NCBI GenBank assembly: GCA_000934665.2
Contig: KZ538013.1
Location: forward strand, 62,001-126,000
Origin: Catajapyx aquilonaris
Lineage: Eukaryota
Direction of reading: 5' to 3'
Length of the DNA: 64,000 bases
The notes under the pieces are model-generated. The model had not been told where the DNA came from and searched no databases. It was given only the letters and a program-made list of their open reading frames with translations. This document shows positions 48,735-63,909 of this stretch, one piece after another. Numbering within the stretch: position 1 is the first letter of the stretch; every line of letters starts with the position of its first letter. Made by a program: the position numbers and the translations under genes.

Positions 48735-51700
48735 TTATAGTGAGAGCATGGGAAAACCAAGACCTTTGGTTTGCCTCTTTGCAAGATTGAATGCAGAAAG
48801 GAAGCTACTGCGGTCGTGTGGTCCTAAGTAAAAGTACAGGACCTGTGGCTGGGCGGGTTTGGTACTCAGTGGGTGGAAAGGTGGGGGTGGAGCTACCGGG
48901 GTGTGAGGGGTGCTTGGTCCTGCCACTTCTTCTCCACTTGCAGATGACGACAGCGACTCTACTGCTTCTGCATCTGATCCTGGGCTGAAGTGTACAGCTG
49001 ATCCCCTCACGTAGTCTAGTATGAAATCTTCACAGAATGTTGTGGACTGAAATGAGCAAGATCCCAAGTAACTAATTGTATGAAGTCAAGGTATCCAGTA
49101 TCAATCTCAACTATTTACAAAGCAATCCAATGATACAATTTTATCCATACTAAAAATATCTGAGCTATTATTCAGGGCAAAATGTTCAAGTAGAATTTCT
49201 TTTCTGAGGATTAAATAACCTGCAGCATAATTTAGCCTTCCTAACTATCATCTCAACTGTCAGCTAATCCTACCAATCAGCTTTCTTCCTGCAAGCACCA
49301 TTCTTAATAATTTTAAGCCCAAAATGTCCCTAGTGTTGGAAGTCCACACACTGGACTGGATACTCCACGCATGCAGTGGTAATTACTGTTTCAACTAATC
49401 ACAAAGAGAGTTTTCAATAAGTTCCCATGATAACAATCACATTTCTGGTACAATTTTGGACTGCCTGTGGAAAGATACAATTCCTTTCCTCTGGTTGTGA
49501 ACATACCTCAGGTGTCCCTGCCCTTGGCTGGTAACTACACACAAGTAGTGTTGGGTCTTGCTGCTCTGGACACTCCACATCCACAATGGACATCGCCAAG
49601 CTCTGTCCTCCTTGGTCCCAACTGTCAATGACAAGTGCCTGATGTGTTAACACCAGTGTGACAGGCACATATTTCTTGGAGTCCTCCAGCTTTGTTGCCT
49701 GTACAACCTGCACCACCCCTCCACCTTCCATCCTCCACTCATACTTGGTCTTTGAGTCTGGTTGCTCACTAATGGGACACCCCTCTGGCTGCCTGACAGG
49801 CCTCAGTTCATGGCTCCAACCAGCACCACTCAGCAGTCCCCGCCCAGCTCTTGCAACGAGTTCAGCTGCACCTCCTAGAGGCTTGGTCACTGCTCCTACA
49901 ATACCTCTTCCCACACCCCTTGCAACCCCACCTGCACTTATTCCACTTTCCATTGCTTCTGCCATAGGATGATGTGCCAAACCACCTACAGCACCTAATA
50001 AACTCACACCAAATCCACTCAAACCCTGCATAAGTCCATCCAACACTCCAGATGGAGTGGTCCTTCGCCTTGCTTCAGTCCGCTGCAAGTGCTCCCGATC
50101 CATTGACATGCGGTCCAAGTTACGTGCTACACTTGATGCTAAGTTAGTGACAGACACCAGTGTCCCTGCGGCTACATGTCGGAACAATGAGGCACATCCA
50201 TGGGCCAACCCAAGGGCTAGCCCCCATGGGCTCCCTTGCAGCAAACCTTCATGATAAGGATGCCTTACGAGGTCCCTCAAACCTAACCCCAACCCACGTG
50301 CCATGGCTCCAGGGCTTCCTAACAGCTCAAGAGAAGAGAGGAGCCAGCCTGATTCAAACAGAACTGCTTCATATAAATAGTGACGACCAACTCCTGCTCC
50401 CAACACAGTGCCAGTGGTGACAAGGTGGGTTCTTTCCCATGCTGAGAAGTGGAGAGGAGAATGGTCCAAAGCTAGGTATAACCCAGGAGAGGCACGAAGG
50501 GTAAGGACAACTGACAAAGGTTGAATTCTCAAGTGCTCCAAACGAAGAGGAGATGACAACACGTAGGAGGAAGCTACAGCACGACATGGGATCAGCACCT
50601 CTTCCTGAAACAGAAAAACATGTTAAGTTCCTAACTTACATCAGTCATATTTTTACAATTGACGGTACATACGTGGTGCAGGTGCCTCATGAGAAGCTGC
50701 ATTAAGAAATGTTTGGTTATAACTTCCACCTAATTTATGTCAGTATTTTCAGTTACATGATGCTTCGGGGTTGTCCATAAAGTAGAGTATCATCAGTTGA
50801 AAAAGAATTGTCCCAGTCATCCTGATGTGTGTGCTGCCCGCTCGACACACACCATGTAACTTACATGGTGTGTGTCGAGCGGCCAGCCCACACGTCAGGA
50901 TGACTGGGACAGTTCTTTTTCAACTGATGATACATCATTTAACCTGGCATTTTTGACCCCCCTCTACCCATGCTGGCCAAGCCTCCAAAAGCACACTGTT
51001 TAATATACGGTACCACTAAATTTTCGATTACCCAAGTTTTTGTTACTTTGAGCATCATGTCATGCTTCAAAACCAACACCTTCTCCACCTTCACATCATG
51101 GTATATCATGGTGGTATTGACATCACCTACTAGTAGTATCTTATACCAGTGCAATGCACTTTACTGTTACATGGATTTACTTACTTACCAGGCACTTACT
51201 GACCTGTGTAATCATTTCTCACTACACTTCAAACTATACTCTCACAGCATTAAGAGGTTGGGTTACCTTTTCAAGCTTCGGTAGGAAATTCAATAGGAAA
51301 TTGCCTTCCATATCTCATTAATTTTTCTTTTCTTCTGGGCATACTATTCTGCCTGAGCAGTACCTTGGAGATCTGTTCTGACTATTACCCTTGTTTAGCA
51401 AATTCTTTTTCACTGATCAGTGTACAGGATGGGGGCTAAGATGCATACTTCCTTTCAGATATAGGCATGTTTCAAATGCCTGAGATGAAATTACCCTAAT
51501 TAATTTTGATGTCAGATTCATTATGGATATAACAGTGCGTTTTGTTTACATGCAGAAATAATGCAGTGATTCTACATATCAGGCGACCCATGTAGCAACA
51601 GTCATGGGTTAGCACCCACGACGACCCCTATTACTCGCATATGTGAACTTAACAAGCTATTGTTTCCATAACGAAGCCAACAAAAATCAATGAATCTTGC

Positions 51701-54700
51701 CTTTGGAATTTGCAAGTAGCCAAAGTGTACGGTACATCTGAGAGGAACCATGTACACCTTTGCCACCACCCTCATATGTGGCATTGTTGAATTTCTGTGG
51801 CATGCCTAAGAACCCTACTCTTCACAGGCTGGAGCATCATAAAAGGGTGCATAAAAATGTGCAGTGAAAGTCAGTTGCAGGTTATTGTTGCTACTAGGGC
51901 TATCAACATATTTGCACTGTCCTTCTTATTTGCACCTGCTTATGTATCTGCTCCTAGATATGAAATGTCCTATGAAGCACATAGAAATAATGTTGGTATC
52001 CCCCCATTCATTTACAATACTTAACTTACCCTGTCAGAAGGTGGATCCCACAGCTGGATGGTCACAGGTGGTACCAGATTTTTGGGTGTAAAGCTAGCCT
52101 CAACACTTCTTAGAGCTTGGTAAAACTCATGTTCCAAATAGAGGCTGAATGAGTGCAACGTGACTTCCACCTCTTCCACTCCTCCCTCTCCTTCCTGTGG
52201 CATCACTATTCCCACTCGGAGCAATGCTCCCTCATATCCCTGCATCTTTTCTACCAGATCTTCTGCCCCTCTGCACATCACATTCTCTCCTAATTTTGGG
52301 CCACTTTTCCATTCCTCTCTCTGGTCCGTCTCTCTTATTACCACCACCGGAAAGTCAAAAAATCCCTTTGGGTACATCTGGTTATCCAGCTGGAGGTCGC
52401 CAATGATTATCCCCAGGTCAAGGTAACGCCTAACCCGTCCATCATTGTAATCTGCTCTTGGCAATAGGGAAGCAGCCATGTGGCTGATGGTTAGAGCTAG
52501 CACCTCATTGCGCATGGCTGATGATTCAAGATCATCAGTCAGGACTACTTCGATACGACACAAGAAAAGCCGCATAGTTAGCTGCATGCCAGACAATTCA
52601 GGTGAAGGCTCTCGGTTGACTGGGGTTGTGGGATGTGAGGAGGAAAAATGAAGTGGTGCAGGTTCCTCCTTATTAGGCTCAGCACGTTCTGTAGCAGGAA
52701 TGTTGCTCTGGAGGCGGCTTCGAATCTCCTTAGCAGAAACTTCAATGCGGCTCACCTGTGAAGACCACATAAATAATGAGACCTTGATCAATGTGCCTGA
52801 ACTCCTTCCACTACCATAACCTAAAAAGTAAGTGTCAAACGCGACAACAAAATATTAACAGATGCAGTGGAGCCTTGACTAGCCAGTCTACATTATAACT
52901 ATCTGAGAGCTACACAATAGATCATTTACTGTAATTATAAAGTTCTGCTGCAAGCACTGATGTGCTGCACAATTTCCCTGTCACGGACACAGACGCCCAG
53001 TCTAATTAGAAATACCAGACTGCCTCAGCAAAACATGGTATATTTTTAAAAATCATTCCCTTCTTGTTCCACAGTCGCTCCATCCATCAACTTAAGGACA
53101 TACCTGTTCTACAGTGACATGTGTGACATGTCCCCTGCGATCCACCATAACTTTGACGTCTCCATGACCTGGCAATCCCACAAACTGGTCATAGGCTGCT
53201 CTGACATCCACACCCCTGCTCCATCCCACAGTACCATCATCATCTCTCAGGGGAGCCTTTGCCAACAATAATTTGGGCATCTCTGACCCACCTCCTGGTG
53301 AGGCTTGTATCCCTGGGAAACAGTCAGTCATCCATGGAAAAGTGTAGCTTGCAGATGATCTTGAGTGTACTGAGGGCCAGTATGAGAAACGCCTGGAGAG
53401 GCCACGCACAGTTAATGAAGTGTCAGCACTTGCTTCTGGTCCACCTTGTGCATAGTGAAGTGCAAAGGAGCATCGGTTGTGAATCACCATCTGTACTCCA
53501 CCATCCACTGCCACTGACAGAAACACACGTCTTCCACGGCGATGAACAGTAATTGCCAGTGCCACATTTGATGTCTCACCAACAGTTGGTGCCTGAACGA
53601 CATGTCTCATATCGGTGTCTTCTTTACCAGACAAGCCGATGTCAACAGGACAGCTCCAATCTGAATCAACTCTCACTTGAACATGAAAAACTGGGTCTTG
53701 ACTCTGTTCAGGATGACCCACAACAGCCCAGTCTAATAGGGGCTGACCTGGACACATTTCACCATAGGGTTTTGGTGATGGTGGAAGTAACACGGAGTGA
53801 GAAGGCTCAGGAAGCACTGTTGAACCACCCCAGTCCAGGATCCCTGCCAGGTGAACCTCTTGCTGTGTGTGATTCACGGCTGCAAAAGCAGGCCGGATGC
53901 ACAATATCCGCATTCCGTGGGCCACACTGGACTGAAGAATAAGTAGCCTTGATATCCCTTCAATTTCAATCCACACCGGTGCTGACCCATCAAGTGGAAC
54001 AGAATCTTGGTCATGTGGTGACCACTCTTCTTCACTCAGCACAACTGGCTCGCTGAAGTGTGGCTCACCCCCCTGCTTAAATCCAATTTGGAATTTCTCC
54101 TGCAAGCGTGACAAGGCAAGAACACCTCTGGAAGGGCACTCCCATAAAGGTCCATCTTCTTTCAGTTTCAGGAAGATTGATGAACCACTCAAGTTTGCCA
54201 TGAGTGTCCAAGGCTTCAGTTCTACTTGGACTGTTGGGCAGGAAGGGTATGCTTGTGAGAAGTGGACCTGGAACATGGCAACATCCAAGTGGGTTCTGGA
54301 TTACTGAGTACTCTTTGTAAATAAAACAAATTATTATCATGTGTGTTTGGAGATTACAATTCATCATTTGTGGTCAACTCTACAAGCAACATGTGCATTA
54401 GCATTAAATGTATCCCACCTGAACATCAGTGTCTGGCTGAGCAGCTTCTACCCATTGCACAATTCCATCCTCCTTTTCAGATACTAATGGCCAGGTGGTC
54501 TCCTTCCTGGAGTGGAAATCCTTCAACCATGCAGAAATGTCCACCTGGCCAGTCATAGGTTGAAACTGACTGGCCATCCCACATGAGAGGGGAACTGCTG
54601 GACTTGAGTCAGGAAGTTTGGGCCTGTGAAAAGCAATCAACCATGAGTCCCAGTCAACATGAAATATTGCATGTTCGACACTTAGTCACTAAATGACAAT

Positions 54701-55888
54701 GACCTACTGTGAGGACAAGGTAGAACAGGAACAAGGAAGAGGAGGGACAACGTAGGTCACACTGATGGGCCGCTTCCTGCAAATCAATACAGTACACGCA
54801 ATAAATTACAGTAACATCTGGAAAATGTCTTCTTTGCAGGATGTGGTAAAATTTATGGAAAAAAACCACCAACCCCACGCCCCCCTACCCAATCCATATG
54901 CTCTGATCCAATAGAAATAATCCCTTGTCGTAAATGTCAAACATGTACAGTATACAAGCTTCATTTTGCACTTACAAGTTAGTCTAGATATTTTAAGAAT
55001 AGGGAGAAAAATACACATTTTACATTTGAATTTCCCATTTCTAACTCACCCAAGTCTGAAGGTGAGCTGATGAGCATGCTCAACTGTTCCCAAACATCTA
55101 AGTTCCTCTGCACGGTTCCTCCCTGGAACAGTCACTTCTCTGGATGCACCCACCCCAGGAGTACTCACTGTCAGTCTTGCTGGCAGTGGCAAATGTGATC
55201 TCACTCTGTATAGTGGAGACAACACCACCAACATCCGGGACACCTTCCCCTTCTCTCCATTTCCAACTTCCTGCTTGAATATGCTGCACCAAGCATTACA
55301 GGATTCACTTCCTGAAGATGGGATGCGGATTGACACTGGTCTGTCTGTATGCATGGGGACCTCTTCTGATACGTCATTAGCTCCAGGAGCAGAAGAGCAG
55401 TCCGTAGAGCAACCCAAGGAAAAGCGAAGGCAGTGGATATGGCCTGGATCTATCAGGAGAGAGGCAGGCTGGTGATGAGGGTCAGCCCAGATAGAAGTTG
55501 ACCAGGCTGCATCCCCCAGGATGCGGATGCATAATGGTTCAGAGAGAAGATTCACAAAGGTGGTCTGCCCCATTATAGTCACCTAAAAGTAAAGTGGTAA
55601 TTTACAGATATGTCATTTGCCAGTTGGAGAGATACTTCATTGTCACAGTCATTTATTATTCACAACTGGTCAGGTTCAAACCAGATTACAACTTTCATGT
55701 CACATAATACTGACACTCACGATGTCTGGAATGTACTATATCCCTTCCAGGTAATGTGGTACAGTGTCTCAAACTGACACAAGATGAAATGCAGTGGACA
55801 TATGCTCTTACATGCACACAAAACAATAGGAACCCAGGGCCTTAACATCCGTGGGCGCGTGCGTTAATGCAGCACCACTCCGCCTCCC

Positions 55889-55960
<72 letters not shown>

Positions 55961-58900
55961 TACAGTTCGGTATACTGTATAATTGTTCAAAATAGGTTCC
56001 AAGTTATATAAAATTTCAGTATTACATATAATTACATATTAAGTGGGTGAATCATGAAATGTGCCGATTCAGGGATGTTGAGTACTTCTTGTCAAAAATC
56101 ATTTTTCAAAACAATAGTTTACTACATGGATTACTTACAAAACTAAGGAAACCCACCTGCTTCTGGGTCCCTGAGGCCATATCAACTCGTACAATCATGG
56201 CTGTCCCACAGTCATCCAGCAGCCTGACCAGTTCTCCTTCATGATCTGTTCTGAATGATCCACACCATGTCATTGGACCCTGGGTTGCTCCCCCCTGCAC
56301 CTCTGCCCCAGCTCGCAATTCCGCCACTTCTCTCTGGCTCCTCCAGCAATATTCAACTGCCTCCCGACTGGCCACAACAATAGACTCATCTGTGTCCACC
56401 TGACCCACTCTGATGGCTTGAGATGTGTCATTGCAGATTACATAATGGGTTAGAACAGGAGCTAGTGCCCTTTTGTTAGCAGCCTGCCAACAAAGGGCAG
56501 AGGCAGTAAGGGTGTGTATCCCAGACTGGCCCACCTTGATTCGTGCTGGATTGGCCACTACATTCACCTCCACCTGAGAAGGAGCTATAGACAGGCTCCC
56601 TTGGAGAGAAAATGACTCCAGCAGGTCATAGTGTGTGAGGAAGGCATAATCAAGAACATCCCATCGAAAGTGGGTGGACAAAGAGAGCAAAAGGGAGGCA
56701 TGGGATGAGGGAGGAGAAGAATGTGTGGAAGGCCACATGCACAGGTGAAGAAAACCCTTTTCTGCAGAAGCCCAAGTGAAGCCTTGGTCCAGCACAGGAG
56801 GAGAACTGCGTTTGAACACTCCTGAGACATAACCTGCAAAACAATACACAAATAAAATCACCAAAATTTTCACTTGCTAACAACTCTGCATGTGAGAATG
56901 TCAGAATAGAGCCAACCTCACTGAATACATCAAAAGAAGTAATGTCAATGTTAAATGGCCATGATCCAATTTATTCAGTGACTGCCATCAATATCTTGCC
57001 AGACTTATTTTACTTCATTTTTTCTCATTTATCAACTACAGACAACTCCTTGTTACATTTTGATAAATATTGTTATTTTCCAAACAATAACTTGACTATA
57101 ACAACTGCAACTGAAATTGGCACTTTACTTTTAATATCATTTAATTACTTTAAAAATGACTCACCTGGACTCAGTGTGTGAAGATGGTTTCTCAAAGTGA
57201 CTCGAAGTAGTGGAAACTTGGCTGCCAGCTGAATCCAGGGTACTAGTGATGGAGAGAAATATGAATCTACCCTCATGCAGCCAGCAAGAGCTCGTGGTGA
57301 TACTCTCCAAGAATGATTTCCCATCACCTCCCTAGAGTTGATAATAATAAGCCATTAAAATCTCATCCCATGAAGTACAACTATGACTTACATTCTCACA
57401 TCTCTTATGTCAAGAGGATCAAGTGGTTCACATCGGACATGCACAAAGGGAGGTAAGGATTGGCTGGGAGAAAGGAGAAAAGGACAGATATTATCAGAGG
57501 AACAATAGCGCTGGTCCAAAAAAAAATCTATGTGACCTTAAGTGATACTGACATACTTGAATGAAGCCTTCTGATATACAGCTTCTCTTACAAATGGTTA
57601 TCCTAACTTGCTAAAAGAACACTGGCCCTGCAGACACTATGTGGATATCCGTGACTCTTTGATAAATCAGTTCTTGTCAGACCAATATGCAGGGTGTTCC
57701 CATTTAAATGTCTGTAGCAATCAGCAATTTTTTGCCACAAAGTAAGCCAATTATTTTTACACATGTACTATTGATATTATGTTTCTAGGTCACCAAAATT
57801 ATTAAATGGCATTGAATCATCTCTCCCAGATGTATATTGTAATCAATTTTTTTCTTGGGAATTACCTCTTGGAACAATTGGCATCAAAGATCAATGATTC
57901 AACCAATTTTCCAGCTCAGACCTCCTATGATTGGGAATGGGTCTCCCCACGAGGCCCAGAAGCAGGTCACAAATGTCTGTCACATGTAAACTGAGTGAGG
58001 AGATGAGTCTCGACAATGAGCAGGTCAGAGTTGCAACAAGCCGAAATTAAACATGTTTTCTCGCAATTTCCACCATTTTACATTACCAGTTTGCTTCATA
58101 GATTTTTTGTGCATGTTGGAAATTTTTTACGCAAGTTGGAGCTACGTACTGTAAGTACCGAATTTGAAATTTGAACTATCTCTCAGACACACAAAACCTG
58201 CCCTGGGGGATATTGTTAAAAATTTCTCCAAATAAGTAAGCACACATATGCATAGTGTATATTATTTTCAAATGATACTCACTCATCATCTTCCCTGTAA
58301 TCAAGACACACCCTCCACATGGCAGCCACAGCCACTTTGGTGCTGTCATCTAGTGCTGGGAGCTGCAGCCTGCACCGATGGGACTCAGAGAGAGCAAATC
58401 TGCAATATGTTCTATACCCGCCTTGTGCCTCATCCCAGTACTGAAGTGCGCACACAATTTCATCTCCGCTCCCAACTGCCCTTCCCTTATGCTCCTCAGT
58501 CTTTCTCCCTTCCCTGAATGGTAACGGGTGGATGTCTACTCGGGTTAAACATCGAGGCTGTGGATATCTCCAACCCATTGATGGAGGAATGGATGCATCT
58601 TTGTTTTCACTTGGTTGTGGTGTGAAGACTAACTGATATGGTAAAGGAGGGTCACAGGACTCCGCATATTGAAATGCACCAGCCCTCAGGTCATCTTGAT
58701 AATGTTGCTCCTGCTGTCCATTTGCTGGCTCATGTTGTATAACAGTAGGCAATGCAGGTTGTGGGGTCCCTGCTTTTGCAGAAGAGTATCCTCCAAACAT
58801 TTCTTGCAACTCTTCTTTCATGATGTGAAAGCAAGTAACATGATCTGGCCCCAGGTCCAGCAGAATGGGTTCTGAATCTGCTGTAATCTGCACCACTGGA

Positions 58901-61900
58901 CGGTTTGGGTCTAACATCCATGGCTCCCAAAACAAGCTGCTCTCAAGGTTGAAGCTCCATGGGCTCAGAAAGCTGTGACACCTGCACATACAACAAAACT
59001 GGAGTACATACAATGTCTGGGGGGTGGGGAGAGGAGGAGGGACTTACTATTTATCCTGAAATAAATTATACTTTATATTAACTACTTAATTTTTGAAAGA
59101 ACAATATATTACAAGGAGGCAGAGACCACCCACTGCTTATCAGAATCCTACTCACTCCAAATCACCTTGAGTGAATACAAGCTCAGAAAGATTCAGGACT
59201 GTCATGCCTTGCATGTGAGTCTCCACATCGGAGATAATACATTCAATCCCTGAGATAGACAAACGATTTTTTAATGCAGAAAGTTTCATGGCTTCTATCC
59301 ATATCACAGGAGTTTTTCAGTATTCACAATTTCCTCCCATAATAGTCAATATCCATCAAGAGTAAAGTCACTGAATAAAGACAAGTGTTAAATCTGCCAA
59401 ACGCATCCCTGGAACCTCCCACACTCAATATTCCATGGAGATGATAAAGTTCTCATGTAATAGAAGGAGTAAATACTGTCCTTATGGGAGGTTACAGGGG
59501 TGTGTTTGGCAGATTTCCATAGCTTGTTGAGTTGGTAATGCCTACATCATTGGGTGGAAAGGCCAAGTCCCCTATATCAGCAGCTTCTCTCTGTTAATCA
59601 TTCTTTAACAGTCAAACAAGAGGTACCCCACAGCACCAGTAGTAAAATGGGCCTCAAACACTAAAATGCAAGCTATTTACTTCTTCGCGGTAGTTGCCCT
59701 TGTTCACACCACAAGAAACCCTCTCGCAAGTGAAATTTCCTTATGAAAGAACAAGGAGGCCAAACCTAGTGAAATTATACCAATCTGCAGTGAAGAGTCA
59801 AATCAAAATTTATATTCAACAGTGCTCCATATGCTGATGTGCCAAAAAAGAAAGTTACATTTGGGTTAGGAAAGTATGTCATATGTGTTGCAGCCCTAAG
59901 GCTTTGATGTCAAGAGTAAAACAAACAAACCTTTGGTTAAGGGCCACATTGACTATCAGACTCCTAACAGCCAGGTTCCAGCTGACTCTGTCCACTTGGA
60001 AACCATGAGGCCTTACAAAGCAGCTGGCACCCCCTTTGATGCTGGCAAAAGCAACAACAATCTGACAGCTACCTTCCTCTGGCCCCTCTTCCTCACCACC
60101 ACTCTTGAGAGACAGCATCCCTTGTTGACCTGCCAGAGTCAGCATGGACACATTGGATGCAGAACTTCTCAGGTAGGCCACAACAGACGTATTCTCTTTG
60201 TGAGAGGAAGATGACTTCTGGTTTGAAGTAATCAGACTTGTAGGAAAGCAGGAGAGGATCTTTTGTGAGGTTGACAGCAGCTGCTCCCAGTGGATTGGAC
60301 TCAAATGGACCTTCCAGGGGCGGCCAAGCTCAAGACGAACTTGGTCTAAAAATTTTGTGAATTCACAACAATAAGCCCATCCACATGATTCGAAGAACAA
60401 TAAGATATAAAATTATAAATTGAAAATTCTTACATGGTTTACGCAACAGGTTTCCAATCGTCAGAGTAATCAAGGCAGGTGGAATTCCGGTCTTTGGATG
60501 AGGGTCTCCATGCTTAGTCTCAAAGAAGTGTAATGAGAAATCCTCTGGTCTGGGAACCTGTTTTGTCTTGGTTACTGTAAAAAAATTATTTTAAAATGAT
60601 TTGATATTGATTATTATCAGTAAATTGCACGAATAGGGCCAAGCAAACAGTTGCAAATTTTGCTTTCTCTTATCATCATTACAGTACACAGAAACTTCAA
60701 TTTGAGACTAATGGATTATTTTGATTTAAAACAAAATGGGAATGGTTCTCACTCAGAGTATAATTAAAGCTGTGACTGGCCACCCCATCACTATGCAGCC
60801 CCCAAAAGGCAGATATTAACTTGACTAAAGAAAGGAGTGCTTTCTATGCATTACATGCTGTTCAGAAACATGAGACTCATTGGCCTTTCACAGCTTTCAT
60901 AAACAACACTCAAAATTCAAAACAGCACTTTCTTACATGGGACTAGATGTGAAGCATGTGCCATCTTAACTGCAACATCAAAGAATGACATCTCCATCTT
61001 CTGTGCACAGGGAAGTACAGAAATGAATGTGTGAGGTTGGGAAACCATCACATACACTAAGGGCTTTGCTTGCTCCTGCCATGAACAGCTTCCTTCCATC
61101 TCCAATTTGGAAACCGACTCCTCTTCAGATGCATAGTAACTAGAAGTTACGAGAAAAGGTTACATATACTGGGTCACCTCATATAAATTGTCTAAGTAAC
61201 AAGTCTCATAGTATCATGTTCATGAATAATTACTGAAGCTTGTATTAATTGTGTAGAAATCATCTCACTTGTCAGTACCGGTAGTGAGTTACGCTTCCTC
61301 TGGAAGGCATGCTGCAGAAATCTTTAGTTGCAAATAATGTGCAATTTCACTAACACTTAAGTGGAAGATGCCACAGGGAAAGCTCCAGTGAAAACTTATG
61401 CGTCATTTCACACAATCTTAAATCAGACCCTTTGTCTTCACCTTACCTGAGAAGTGGATACTAACTACACAAAATTCCAACCTCACTTTATTATGCTGTC
61501 TTTAACCTCTCCCAATGCTCACCTCTCATCTGAATCTTCCTCATAGCTGCAGCCTTTGATCCTGGTTGTCTTCCTAGGCTTTTTCTTAGGCAACTTCTGC
61601 GGCTGGCCAATGTCATAGAGAGTTAATGTTATGCGAGCTCCTGTCAGCAAAATCTCTGTGGGTACTAGTTCTGTGTGTCTCAGCTTATGAGGCTGAGGTG
61701 GGGGAAGATGGAGAGATGATGACATCCCAGTGGAATCACAGTCAACCCCACTGTCTGCAAAGAAGCAATCATATCATTGGCATGCAAGAATAAAGAAGAG
61801 ACACTGTGTGTTTTATTGGTTATTGTGTGGGCTCTGCCAATCTGTACCTTATCCTGGCTCCAACAATCAGACAGCCAGGAGCTGGCAAAATTATATTGTT

Positions 61901-63909
61901 GTGCTTTTGGAATATCATGGTAAGATGCATGCAAGGTTGCACAGCTAACACGACAAACCTTAAGAATAACCAGACTGGTATCAAATTTAAAAGCAGGGTG
62001 ACAATCAAAGAAGTTCATATATTCACATAGTGACTGATGTGCTCTACCCTTGGAAGGACAAACTGCAATAGAAGGTAATCTGCAGATAGCCTAATAGTGA
62101 ACCAAAATTTGCCCATCACCAGACACACTGTATTTAGTAAGTCAAAAATTAAGGCAATTTTCACCTTGATGGATGGGTGCAACAGATGCTTTCTTGCTTC
62201 CCCCACAGGCTCCAAGTAAGGCACCACCAAACTGTGCAAGATCTGAGGCCAGTTCACACAACAGCCTTAGCTGTGGCAGAGAGGCAGAGATCAACACATC
62301 ACTCACTGCATTCAGTTCCAGTGAGTGCCCACAAACCAAAACTTGCTTCAAGAGGCGACGCTGCTCATACACTATTGCTGGAGCTGCCATTACACGCAGC
62401 TGCAGTCTGGAAGTAAGCATGATCCATCCTGTACTTCAAAAATATACTTTCAGGTCATAAAGCCATTGCTTATTATTCATAGCATCAATACAGTACAAAA
62501 GGTTCTATGATAATTCAAGAAATCTACATTACCAGTCAGTTAACTTCGTGAGATACCATATTTACGCGCATATAAGACGCACCTTTTTTCCGATTTTTGT
62601 AGCTCAAAAAGTAGGGTGCGTCTTATACGGCAGGGCACAACGGGTGAAACCCGTGAGAAATCGTCCACACACGCGCACAATTTCGGTGTGACCTTGCCAC
62701 CTATACCTTTCAGATGCATAGTATTGTCCCATTTTCCACTTGCCCCCCTCCACACGCACATGCATTGCACACGAGGTTGCTGCCGGCAGCTCGAGGCCAG
62801 TTCCCAAACTACGGCAATAAATCTGGGTGCGTCTTATATAAGTCAACAACCGATTTTCCACGATTTTTCGCCTCAAAACCGGGGTGCGTCTTATACGCGT
62901 GTGCGTCTTATATGTGCGTAAATACGGTATCTACATAACTCAATCCAGATGGTACTCAGAAACTGATTAAATCCTTTAGTTAATGATACATTTTCATCAA
63001 CAGCAGCCTTTATTGCATACTGCCTCAGTAATATAATGGAAAAATTGTAATTCTACAGGGAGCCCTTATAAAATACTAGGGTTATGTTCCCCAACTAAAT
63101 ATGTATGACGAGAAAAACTTTTGCTAGCAGACTACGCTGAAAATTTTTGAAGTCCCAGCAAGGCAAATTATAAAATACATGACACTGGATATGAAAATAA
63201 CTTGATCACAAATAATCCAGGAGGCAATTGAGTAAAACATAACTTTGACTAAGTATATCAAGACAAACCTGGAAAGAACAGGCAGCAAGAGCACCTCCGA
63301 GTTGAACCCCACTGATGAAGGATCTAGAGAATTCCAGTCCAAGGCTGGGTTTTCCCCCATAGTCCTAAGTGCTGCACTGGGGCTCTGCCTGCTGCTCTGG
63401 TACTCAACCTTCTCCCACTGACCTGTACCAGCACACAACCCAACCACATCTAATTGATACTGCCGGTCTTCCACCTCTGCACCTGGGATTCCCAAGATTC
63501 GGGCTTGTTCAGCTGTCCTGTATATGTCAGGGCGCACAAAAACATGTCCTAAGGGGTTGTCCACCTGAGAAGGAAAGAGTTCAGTTTATGACTTGCATAT
63601 GCAGCCAATCTAACAAGTGTTGTTTCCTGATCACAAACATGTCATATATTCTGAATACCATGTATGTACTCTGGCATCAGAATGTGAAATGACACATCAT
63701 GGGAGGCTACCTGGGATGTAAGGGTGGCAGACTCAAGTTGTACTAGGACCATGTCTGGATTTGTCTCCGCTCCATTGCCTTTGGTTAATGGCAGAAAGAT
63801 GCGCATGCCTTTGGTCTTTAGGTACAGCATAGGGAGAGTGTTGTTGTTGTATGAAAGCCAATCACGATGATGTGTAACAGTTGATGGTGCTACATCTGGG
63901 CAGGGAGAT
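48735..63909 (-). CDS. VPS13B: Vacuolar protein sorting 13B (COH1), 3' portion (5' end beyond the window)
   Basis: Minus-strand exons include ~63909-63711, 63564-63269, 62430-62163, 58981-58283, 56833-56156, 55582-55050, 54268-53104, 52755-52030, 50604-49507 and 49046-48735. Motifs QHYQDDLRAGAFQY, YVICNDT, LQLDNQMY..FDFPVV and LELLGSPG...GAVTKPLGGAAELV (VPS13 C-terminal/ATG_C region). Confidence 0.93.
50787..50933. repeat. 147-bp near-perfect hairpin (mini-MITE or hairpin RNA candidate)
   Basis: GTATCATCAGTTGAAAAAGAA...CACACACCATGTAAC TTACATGGTGTGTG...TTCTTTTTCAACTGATGATAC, with essentially no loop. Confidence 0.85.
55828..55960 (-). mobile_element. 3'-truncated SINE family A head with adjacent (TAG)n microsatellite
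   Basis: Minus strand GGGAGGCGGAGTGGTGCTGCATTAACGCACGCGCCCACGGATGTTAAGGCCCTGGGTTCC. (TAG)n spans 55891-55960. Confidence 0.8.
62556..62927. mobile_element. Tc1/pogo (Tc2/Tigger-like) MITE
   Basis: TA|CCATATTTACGCGCATATAAGACGCAC ... GTGCGTCTTATATGTGCGTAAATACGG|TA, with repeated subterminal GTGCGTCTTATA motifs. Confidence 0.85.
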
